In this document: piece after piece, positions 54,722 through 64,000 of the stretch | How the letters are laid out: each line of letters opens with the position of its first letter | Numbering within the stretch: position 1 is the first letter of the stretch | Translations under genes and position numbers: made by a program | Notes under the pieces: model-generated | What the model saw: the letters and a program-made list of their open reading frames with translations, nothing else | The model's database searches: none | What the model was told of the DNA's origin: nothing | NCBI RefSeq assembly: GCF_006345805.1 | Contig: NC_043003.1 | Span: forward strand, 28,954,001-29,018,000 | Direction of reading: 5' to 3' | DNA length: 64,000 nt | Origin: Octopus sinensis | Taxonomy: Eukaryota

Positions 54722-55470
54722 GGTGTGACCATGAGATTGAGAATAGGAAGCCGGACATTTTCCGAGCACCTTCCGGAGTATTCGAGAGGTTCCAAGCAGT
54801 GCTGTTTTCTGCAAGTGCTCCACCCTTATTACAGCCCCTATTTGTTCCACGTACTTCTCGAGATTTTTGCTCACTGCTCCCAGGGCTCCGACAATTATTG
54901 GTACTACTGCTACCTTTTCCATCGACCACAACTGCTTAACTTCCCAAGTTAACCTGTCAAATCTCTCGACATTTCTTTCTTCCTTATCGCACACCTTGTT
55001 GTCAGCTGGGCATCCTATATCTATGATCCAGCATAGTTTGTTTTCTTTCTCGATTAAGACTATGTCTGGTTTCCTATTCTCTATCTTGTGGTCGCACTGA
55101 ATCGTAAAATCCCATAGGATCTTTGCATTTTTATTTTTGACGATGTCTTCGGGTTTGTAGCCGTACCAATTTTTTGCTCTGCAAAGTGTCCAATGGACAA
55201 AACTGCTATATATTCGTGGCGTCTCTTATATTCCTTCTTAGCTAGTGGCGTACATTGGCTGATAATATGCCATACAGTTTCACCATTTTGTCCACAGATT
55301 CTGCACTTATCACTTTCTGATGTGCTGTCTACTCTGTATTTTATGTAGTTTGTTCTGACTGCTTGCTCTTGGGCAGCGCAGATTAGAGCCTCCGTTTCCG
55401 GTTTTAAATCTCTTTTAGTCATCCACATCCATCTTTTTTCTATGTCTGTCATATCTTCAACATCCATATG
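54722..55470 (-). mobile_element. Second 5'-truncated R4/Dong-type RLE LINE
   Basis: LKPETEALICAAQEQA, CRICGQNGETVWHIISQC zinc knuckle, ENRKPDIVLI..IDIGCP, VPIIVGALG..ALLGTSRILRKVL; frameshifts; followed by (TTA)n on its sense strand. Confidence 0.93.
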
Positions 55471-55694
55471 AAATTATTTAGATCTTATTGTTAGATATGT
55501 ACATACATATGTATATATACATCTGTACACACCACACACACACACACAACCACACACCACACATATATAATATATATACTATATATATATATATGATATA
55601 TATATATACACACTACATATACGTGCGTACATCCATATGTACTAACAGACATATATACTTAACTATTATTATTACTATCATTATATTATTATTA

Positions 55695-55726
<32 letters not shown>

Positions 55727-55727
55727 T

Positions 55728-56120
55728 ACTCTTTTACTCTTTTACTTGTTTCAGTCATTTGACTGCGGCCATGCTGGAGCACCGCCTTTAGTCGAGCAAA
55801 TCGCCCCCGGGACTTATTCTTTGTAAGCCCAGTACTTATTCTATCGGTCTATTTTGCCGAAGTGCTAAGTTACGGGGACGTAAACACACCAGCATCGGTT
55901 GTCAAGCAATGCTAGGGGGACAAACACAGATACGCAAACACACACATACATATATATTCATATATACTTCTTTCAGTTTCCATCTACCAAATCCACTCAC
56001 AAGGCATTGGTCGGCCCGGGGCTATAGCAGAAGACACTTGCCCAAGATGCCACGCAGTGGGACTGAACCCGGAACCATGTAGTTGGTAAGCAAGCAGCTT
56101 ACCACACAGCCACTCCTGCG
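55728..56120 (-). mobile_element. SINE family 1, full length
   Basis: (TACTCTTT)n tail, core and head all present. Confidence 0.93.
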
Positions 56121-56139
56121 CCTTATTATTATTATTATT

Positions 56140-56255
56140 TCAAATGTAGGCGCAAGGCCAACAAATTCTTTGTGGGGGTTCAGTTGATTATATCGACCCC
56201 AGTGCTGAACCGGTACTTATTTTATCGACCCCGAAACGATCGAAGGTAAAGCTCA
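56140..56255 (-). mobile_element. SINE family 2, 3' fragment
   Basis: ggcgcaaggcc..atatcgaccccagtgct..ggtacttattttatcgaccccgaaa. Confidence 0.7.
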
Positions 56256-56365
56256 CCCCTGTTGCAGCTGCTGCTGCTACTACTACTAAGACCACCACTA
56301 CTACTACTACTGGACTGGAGCTGCTACTGTTACTGATACTACGAATACAGACACTGCTGTTGCTG

Positions 56366-56396
<31 letters not shown>

Positions 56397-57270
56397 GATA
56401 GTAACGGCAATGGAAAAAGCATCAGCGCCAGCAACGGTAAAGAAAACAGCATCTACAGCAGCATCAAGAACAGCAACAGAAACCACAGCAACAGCAACGT
56501 CAGGAACAGGAGCAATATCAAGAGGGACATAAACAAAATCGCCAGAAACAACATCAGCAGCAACAACAACAACAACGACAACAGTAATAACCAGTATAGG
56601 TAGCAAATAATATTAAAAAGTCAAGTGCGACGTTACGAGTAGTTTCAACTGATAATAAAACAACAACGATGACGCCGACGACGACAAAACAACAATAACA
56701 ACAAACAAAAGAAAAAGAAAAAGCTAGAGCAACAAGCATTGGCTCCACCTACATTATCCTTTTTATCTTTTGTTGTTTTGGGGGTGGTGTTTGTTTTGCA
56801 CAACGATATTATGAAGAAATTAACTCCGCTAGCAACGTTAGCAGCATCAACAAACAACATTAGCAACATCTGCGACAATTGAGGTCATAGAGAAGCAACA
56901 ACCTAAGCTGTGTAAAAGTAACAGCATATTACGCGACAATAACATCTAAATGGACGTCACAGATAATGGCTGAGTGGGTTAGTTGTTTGCTTCTCAAACA
57001 TCTTGTTCTGTGTTCCATCCCCATTACAAGACCCCTTTTGGGTAACATTTTTTCTGCCATCACCTTGGATCGACCATTTCCTTGTAGGTGAAAATCTGTG
57101 AATGGAGCATGTGCAGAAATTTGTAGATTTCTGTATACTTACATGAATACATAGAAACATGCATATATACGTACGTAGATATGTACATGCATATGTATAT
57201 ATACACCTGTGCACGTGCACACACACACACACACACACATACATATACACACACATATATATATATAATA

Positions 57271-57299
<29 letters not shown>

Positions 57300-57301
<2 letters not shown>

Positions 57302-57466
57302 GGGGGCTGTGTGGTAAGTAGCTTGCTTACCAACCACATGGTTCCAGATTCAGTCCCACTGCGGGCAGCTTGGGCAAGTGTCTTCTACTATAGCCTCGGG
57401 CCGACCAAAGCCTTGTGAGTGGTTTTGGTTGACGGAATTGAAAGAAAGAAGTCCGTATATATATAT

Positions 57467-57503
<37 letters not shown>

Positions 57504-57755
57504 TATATTATATATATGTGTGTGTGTGTGTGTGTTGTGGTGTTTGTGTGTCTGTATTTGTCTCCCAACATCGCTTGACAACTGATGCTGGTGTGTTTAC
57601 GTCCCCGTAACTTAGCGGTTCGGCAAAAGAGCCCGATAGAATAAGTACTAGGCTTACAAAGAATAAGTCCTGGGGTCGATTTACTCGACTAAAGGCGCTG
57701 CTCCAGCATGGCCGCCGTCAAATGACTGAAACAAGTAAAAGAGTGAAAGAGTATA
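57300..57755 (+). mobile_element. SINE family 1, full length
   Basis: ggctgtgtggtaagtagcttgc..gttcagtcccactgcg..gactgaaacaagtaaaagagt. Confidence 0.93.
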
Positions 57756-57914
57756 CATATACATATACGTGTCTACATCCATATGTACTTACAAAGATAT
57801 ATATTTAACTATGTATATTTGCATATGTGTGTGAGTTGTGGCATGTATGCGTGTACACACAAATATGTATACATATATATGCATGTGTGTGTTGATATAT
57901 ATATATATATATAT

Positions 57915-58278
57915 ACACTGTGTGGTAAGAAGCTTGCTTCCCAACCACATGGTTCTGGGCTGATTCCCACTGCGTGGTACCTTAGGAAAGTCTCTTCTAC
58001 TATATTTTCGACCCTTGTGAGTGGGTTTGGTAGACGGAAACTGAAAGAAGCCCGTCGTATATGTATATGTATGTATCAGTATGTCTGCTTTTGACCCGCT
58101 CCCCACCATCGCGTGACGGATGCTGGTGTATTTACGTCCCGTAATTTAACTGTTCGGCAAAACAGACCTATAGAATAAGTACTGGGTTTAGAAAGAATAA
58201 GTCCTGGGGTCGATTTGTTCGACTAAAGGCGGTTCTCCAGCATGACCGCAGTCAAATGAGTGAAACAAATAAAAGAAT
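57915..58278 (+). mobile_element. SINE family 1
   Basis: tgtgtggtaagaagcttgc..ggtagacggaaactgaaagaagcccgtc..gtcaaatgagtgaaacaaataaaagaat. Confidence 0.9.
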
Positions 58279-58288
58279 ATGTATGTAT

Positions 58289-58335
<47 letters not shown>

Positions 58336-59662
58336 TACATACATACACATATGCAAGTATGCATGTATGTAATGTATAATCGTTGCTCAAGACGTTCACG
58401 CTACCGATTTACAAACGAAATACTAGTGTTCCATCTTTTAACATCATACGCATGTGTGCTTCAGTAAGCGTAACCAGGAGTAAAGCAAATGATTACTAAA
58501 TACTGAAGAGAGAATTAAGTTATTGGAAAAGAAAAACACGGAGTTTTTATGACGTCGGATGCAAGATCTTGCAGTATTTGTTACGGCTTTGAGCATTCTG
58601 TGTTCAAATTTTACTGATCACCAAAGAAAGGGAAAAAGTGGTAACAATTCTGAAAAATGTTTCTATACCTGACGTACAATATCAGCAATATGAAGAACCA
58701 ATAGCATCATAGTTTCCTTGACTCCATCGGAAGTTCGATTGACATGTATCACAATGTCAGAACAACAATCACTAAAATCTTATTTTTCTATTAAACATTT
58801 TATTTACAATCTTCCTAAGCCTTTCTGCAAGAATATTATTAGATTAAATTTTCAGATCAGCATACAATTTTGCTACAGAAATAACAAATATTAAGATTTT
58901 TTTTTTAATCTACCATCATCTATTTTTTCTCATTTGTACAATTGTATTAATCATAAAAAGAACTTTATAAACAATTTACACCACTTAGATTTCAACGTTT
59001 ATTAGCGAAATTATTCTCAGCTAATAATTAGTTTTCTAAAGATTGAAAAATCATTTCAAATCAACATATAATGAGCATAGGTAAGCGTGCAGAAATCTTG
59101 AAAGATAGTAAGAAACATTATCATCTAAATTTGAAAAAGATAGATATAACATAAATTTCAAGTCATTAATATATATTACCCTGCTAGATATCATAGTCTT
59201 TTATGCCTCTCTGACCAAATGTCAAGTTAATACAATATATATTGAAAGGAGAAAGTTGTAACATCTTTAGGGTCTTTATGCACCACAGATACTGATTCTT
59301 TTCAAGGAGTTCAGATGCATTGAGAAATCATTTCCAAGTAGTTCTTGGTGTAAGCATAGTTTCATTCGAGAGAGCAGACGTTTATGACCTGACAAGAGTG
59401 TACAAACTAGATACTTTTGGTAGTATATTTCTCTTAGTGCCCTTTGGTTTAAACCGTGAAGAAACCTTAGCTATACAGACTATGGGAATACATTACTCAA
59501 GCTTTCAAATTTCCCATTGTGTTTTGTCTTTTGTAAGATGAGGTGAAATTCCTGATAGATCTAGCAGCTATTTCAAACCATGTTAACGAAATACACAAAA
59601 TCCCCCGACCTTGATCTGAAAGCACTCACATACATAATACATACATACATACATACATACAT

Positions 59663-59790
59663 ACATACATACATACATACATAGACCTGACAGCTATTTG
59701 GGATAGAAAAGTGAAACCGTGTCCAGTTATGGAAATCAGCTGCCCTGCGGATGTTAGTATAAATCTAAAGATAAGTGAAAAAGAAAATAC
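59663..59790 (+). mobile_element. Short RLE-LINE endonuclease fragment
   Basis: Translates DLTAIWDRKVKPCPVMEISCPADVSINLKISEKENTY (PD..W...E.SCPAD..K.EK..Y pattern), between (TACA) repeats. Confidence 0.65.
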
Positions 59791-59862
59791 ATACTTACAT
59801 ACAAACTCTGTTGACGTTGTTGAAGTTCTAAGGAAGGAGCCTTGGATTTAGGTTAGAAACCG

Positions 59863-59927
<65 letters not shown>

Positions 59928-60791
59928 CTCTCTCTATTGGCTAGAAATTTTGAAATAAAAATGAATAATGACATACATACATACACACATACATACATAC
60001 ATACATACATACATACATACATACATACATACATACATACATACATACAATTCATACATACAATTCATACATACATACATACATACATACATATAATTAG
60101 CATTTAGACCAACTCTACCTGACTTTTATCGCTGGATTATACGTTTTATTTATCCTTTCATTCTACACTAAAACGAAGAAGGACCATTTCAGAAACGTCA
60201 AACTAATGAATTTTGTCTATTTCTCTCAGAGTAAAACTAATACTGATGGCGAACTTTTCTTGGCCATGTTCTTTTCCTTTTTTTAGCGGAGGAGGTGGTT
60301 TCTTTGCTATACATATATATTCGCATGCATAAACACACACGCACACACACACACACACACATTATACACGCACATATACATTATACGTTCCGCAGTAAAT
60401 ACATGGCAACACTCAGATACATAATATATTCCTTACATACAAGTGTATATCTATAGTTAGAAGTTCTGTTCTCTTTGTAAATATTTTGTCTTCTATAATT
60501 TGATCTTCGTCTACTTTATTATTTTAATTTGTTTTCATTCCAAACCAGCCGTTTGTTTTTCTTTTTTTTTTTTGGTAGGGTATTGGTCTTTCTTGTTCGT
60601 TTTATTCCAGGAAGTCATCATTAACCATTTGTGAAGATAACATGCTTCGTTGGAGTCTGACTGTTCAACTAAATACTTTTTGCTTCGTTTTGAAAAGAAG
60701 GCGTGGGTGTACTGTACTTTTACACCTGCGGTTAATAAAAGAAACTATTCTTTGTCTGCTTATTATTATTATTAATATTATCATTGTTATT

Positions 60792-60838
<47 letters not shown>

Positions 60839-60908
60839 GTTGTTATTATTATTATTATTATTATTATTAATTTTATTATAATAATTATTATTATTATTGT
60901 TGTTGTTG

Positions 60909-60959
<51 letters not shown>

Positions 60960-61024
60960 CTTCGTAACACTGTGTAGGTAAAAATGTGCCAGAGTCTTTA
61001 GTCATCTGTCAAGTCACAACAACG

Positions 61025-61438
61025 TGGTCGGAACTAAAGTAAAAGATGACTCGTTCAAGAAAAGAACATTTTCCCACTGCCTGCAGTAGGTTTTTACTCC
61101 ACTCTAAACGCTTTGCAACGATTGTTTTTGAAAGTAGTGCTTTTCTGATTGCAGCCCTCCGGTGAAATCCGCTTTTGTGAAATCCTGTGAAATCCGGCGA
61201 ATAGTTTTTGTGGAAACTGGGTTCTCGAGGTGGTCATTAAACTCTGCAGTAATTTTGGGAGCTGTACTTTTGTGATCCTTTCTAACAATTCGCGTAAGAT
61301 TCCGACGTTCCTATCTGAAAGTTTTGGTTTTCTTCAGGAGATTTGTTTCGAAGGAGGAGGTTTTTCCCTCTTTCTCAAAGCTTGCCATTACTTTCAAGAC
61401 AGTACATTTCGGCTGTTTTCGTTACGCTAGCGCCTGTC

Positions 61439-61440
<2 letters not shown>
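61025..61440 (-). mobile_element. Tc1 transposase N-terminal fragment
   Basis: GASVTKTAE..GKTSS..RRNLTRIVRKDHKSTAPKITAEFNDHLENPVSTKTIRR..QWENVLFLNESSF. Confidence 0.88.
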
Positions 61441-61471
<31 letters not shown>

Positions 61472-61718
61472 TATATACATGATATGGCAATCACTTTGCC
61501 TCTTACTCGGATTTTCAGAAATTTTGCATGACTGTATCCGAAAATTTCTTCACACAACTTGATCAAATATTCAATATGAGCTATATGTAGACATGCATAA
61601 ATTCTATAGGTTTAAAACCTTTCATCGGATCTCCATGAATCGAACTTTCTTCAATGCAGCTAATCTTACAACCTCTTTTGTATCTACCCCTTTTGATGTT
61701 GAGAATTCTTGATGTTTT

Positions 61719-61803
61719 TTCGGCTGACGAGTACGAGCCATCTGTATTCACTGCATTTTTTGTAGCTATTAAAGATGTCCTCGTACGAAACGATCGTACC
61801 GAG
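61719..61803 (+). ncRNA. Type I hammerhead ribozyme with complete catalytic core
   Basis: ttcgg-CTGACGA-gtacgag-(42 nt)-ctcgtac-GAAA-cgatcg-TA-ccgag; stems I and II pair, stem III is the palindrome ACGAUCGU, GUA cleavage triplet ends at 61798. Confidence 0.82.
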
Positions 61804-61900
61804 ATTTTAATCCATTCGTTGCTTTTTTCCTATATATTATATATATATATACTTGGAAATGGATGCGTCGCTTTCAATAAATAATATACAATGTATATAT

Positions 61901-61941
<41 letters not shown>

Positions 61942-61942
<1 letters not shown>

Positions 61943-62150
61943 TCTTTTACTCTTTTACTTGTTTCAGTCATTGACTGCGGCCATGATGAAGCCCGCCTTT
62001 AGTCGAGCAAATCGACCCCGGGACTTATTCTTTGTAGCCCAGTACTTATTCTATCGTTCTCTTTTCTGAACCGCTAAGTGACGGGACGTAAACACACCAG
62101 CATCGGTGTCAAGCAATGCTAGGTAAACAAACACACACACACCAAACATA
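61942..62150 (-). mobile_element. SINE family 1, 3' half
   Basis: (ACTCTTTT)n tail and body; several single-base homopolymer deletions relative to the other copies. Confidence 0.88.
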
Positions 62151-62186
62151 CACACATACACATATATACATATGTGTATATTATAC

Positions 62187-62254
<68 letters not shown>

Positions 62255-62844
62255 ATATATATATAATATATATATATATATATTATATATATATATATAT
62301 ATATATCCATATTGTATATATATACAACATATATATATAAAAACCCCATACATACTTACATACAAACACACATATGCAAACATACATGCAAACATGCATG
62401 GACATATACGCATATATACACATATGCATACATGCACAGCTACACATGTATATATAAATACGGACATAGACACGTACACCACACACACACACACACACAC
62501 ACACAAACATGTTCACTGTCGCATGTTAAGACGTGGGAGTTTCTTCATTATATTTTTCCCGATTACCATTTCCAACATTTAATGTCATCACAATTGTCAA
62601 AGTTGTGGAATAATTGCTTATTCTTCAGATCCTCCTTATCGAAGAAACTTTTTTATTGATGACCGTCGAGATATTTGTCTCGAACCGAAAGTTAGCATTT
62701 TAAGAGAATCTCTACAAACACACCGGTATTTTTTAACGCTGGTGTAACGATGAACAAAACATCGATATAACAAGGACAAAAGCGACATTGATATAACGAT
62801 GACAACGACAACAACCTCGTCACAACAATAGCAACAACATCGAC

Positions 62845-63590
62845 GTGGCGACGGCAGCGACAGCAGCGACGGCAGCGGTGGCAGCGGTGGCAGCGATGGC
62901 AGCGGTGGCAGCGATGGCAGCGGTGGCAGCGGTGGCAGCGGTGGCAGCGGTGGCAGCGGTGGCAGCGACGGCAGCGATGGAAGCGGTGGCAGCGGTGGCA
63001 GCGACGGCAGTGACGGCAGCGGTGGCAGCGACGGCAGCGGTGGCAGCGGTGGCAGCGGTGGCAGCGGTGGCAGCGGTGGCAGCGGTGGCAGTGGTGGCAG
63101 CGGTGGCAGCGGTGGCAGCGATGGCAGCGACGGCAGCGGTCGCAGCGGTGGCAGCGGTCGCAGCGGTGGCAGCGGTCGCAGCGGTGGTAGTGGTGGCAGC
63201 GGTGGCAGCGGTGGCAGCGGTGGCAGCGGTGGCAGCGGTGGCAGCGACGTCAGTGACGGCAGCGGTGGCAGCGACGGCAGCGATGGAAGCGGTGGCAGCG
63301 GTGGCAGCGACGGCAGTGACGGCAGCGGTGGCAGCGACGGCAGCGGTGGCAGCGGTGGCAGCGGTGGCAGCGGTGGCAGCGGTGGCAGTGGTGGCAGCGG
63401 TGGCAGCGATGGCAGCGACGGCAGCGGTCGCAGCGGTGGCAGCGGTGGCAGCGGTCGCAGCGGTGGCAGCAGTGGCAGCGATGGCAGCGGTGGTAGCGGT
63501 GGCAGCGGTGGCAGTGGTGGCAGCGATGGCAGCGACGGCAGTCACGGCAGCGGTGGCAGCGATGGAAGCGGGGACAGCAATGGAAGCGGT
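62845..63590. repeat. GC-rich 9-bp minisatellite (GCAGCGGTG)n, about 80 units
   Basis: Direct inspection; stop-free frames read (AAV)n and (GSG)n on + and (TAA)n on -; higher-order ~315-bp duplication. Confidence 0.95.
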
Positions 63591-64000
63591 AGCAGCAACT
63601 ACATTGTCACAGCTACGACAACAATAATATATACCCTATGATGAAAACAACAATGTCATCATAAACAAGACATCTACAACACCGGTGAAGCACCGACTAG
63701 AATCAGAAATGGAGAAGATAATATTTTATTAGTTGCTTTTATCGTAAAAATTGTAGTCATACGGTTGCTACGGAGTCAATAGTCGCTCTGATAATTACAA
63801 TAAAATCTCGAAATAAAAATATAAATGCCTCTTTTGGCTTTATGAATATAATGAATATAATGAAAACTTACTGGGACGTAACGTCATCCTTAGAAAATAT
63901 TATTTCGTAGTAAAATATTTGCGCTACTAAAGTTTATATGTTGAATGTAAAAGAGAGGTTGATGATTGTAATTTTGTTTGCAAAAGTGAAAACAGTATAT

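Noticed and set aside
62660-62700. Hammerhead-like ttgatga..tcgaga/tctcga..gaaa
   Set aside because: C3 mutated and no pairable stem III or stem I; at most a decayed copy

Overview
AT-rich, microsatellite-saturated eukaryotic DNA. The SINE/LINE/mariner repertoire looks like a coleoid cephalopod, most likely Octopus (inferred from repeat content, not confirmed). I find no supportable intact protein-coding gene, tRNA/rRNA gene or CRISPR array, and most ORF-track entries are translations of simple repeats. The window is a graveyard of nested mobile elements. It holds about six mariner relics (one with an internal inversion, one split by a SINE), Tc1 fragments, MITEs, a Tx1/L1-type LINE relic, three R4/Dong-type RLE LINE fragments, Penelope-like (PLE) RT and GIY-YIG relics, and more than 25 tRNA-derived SINE copies from at least four families. 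The most interesting signals are RNA-level. There is a hammerhead ribozyme with a complete core at 61719-61803 and about ten further hammerhead-like motifs in several small repeat families, often inside long fold-back hairpins. There is also an apparent tRNA-headed SINE with a hammerhead-like tail. Other points of interest are a stack of insertions in one (ATT)n tract, a stop-free 9-bp minisatellite that reads (Thr-Ala-Ala)n like antifreeze glycoproteins, and a degenerate triple C2H2 zinc-finger segment. Boundaries were read by eye and are approximate to about 10-20 bp unless a motif is quoted.
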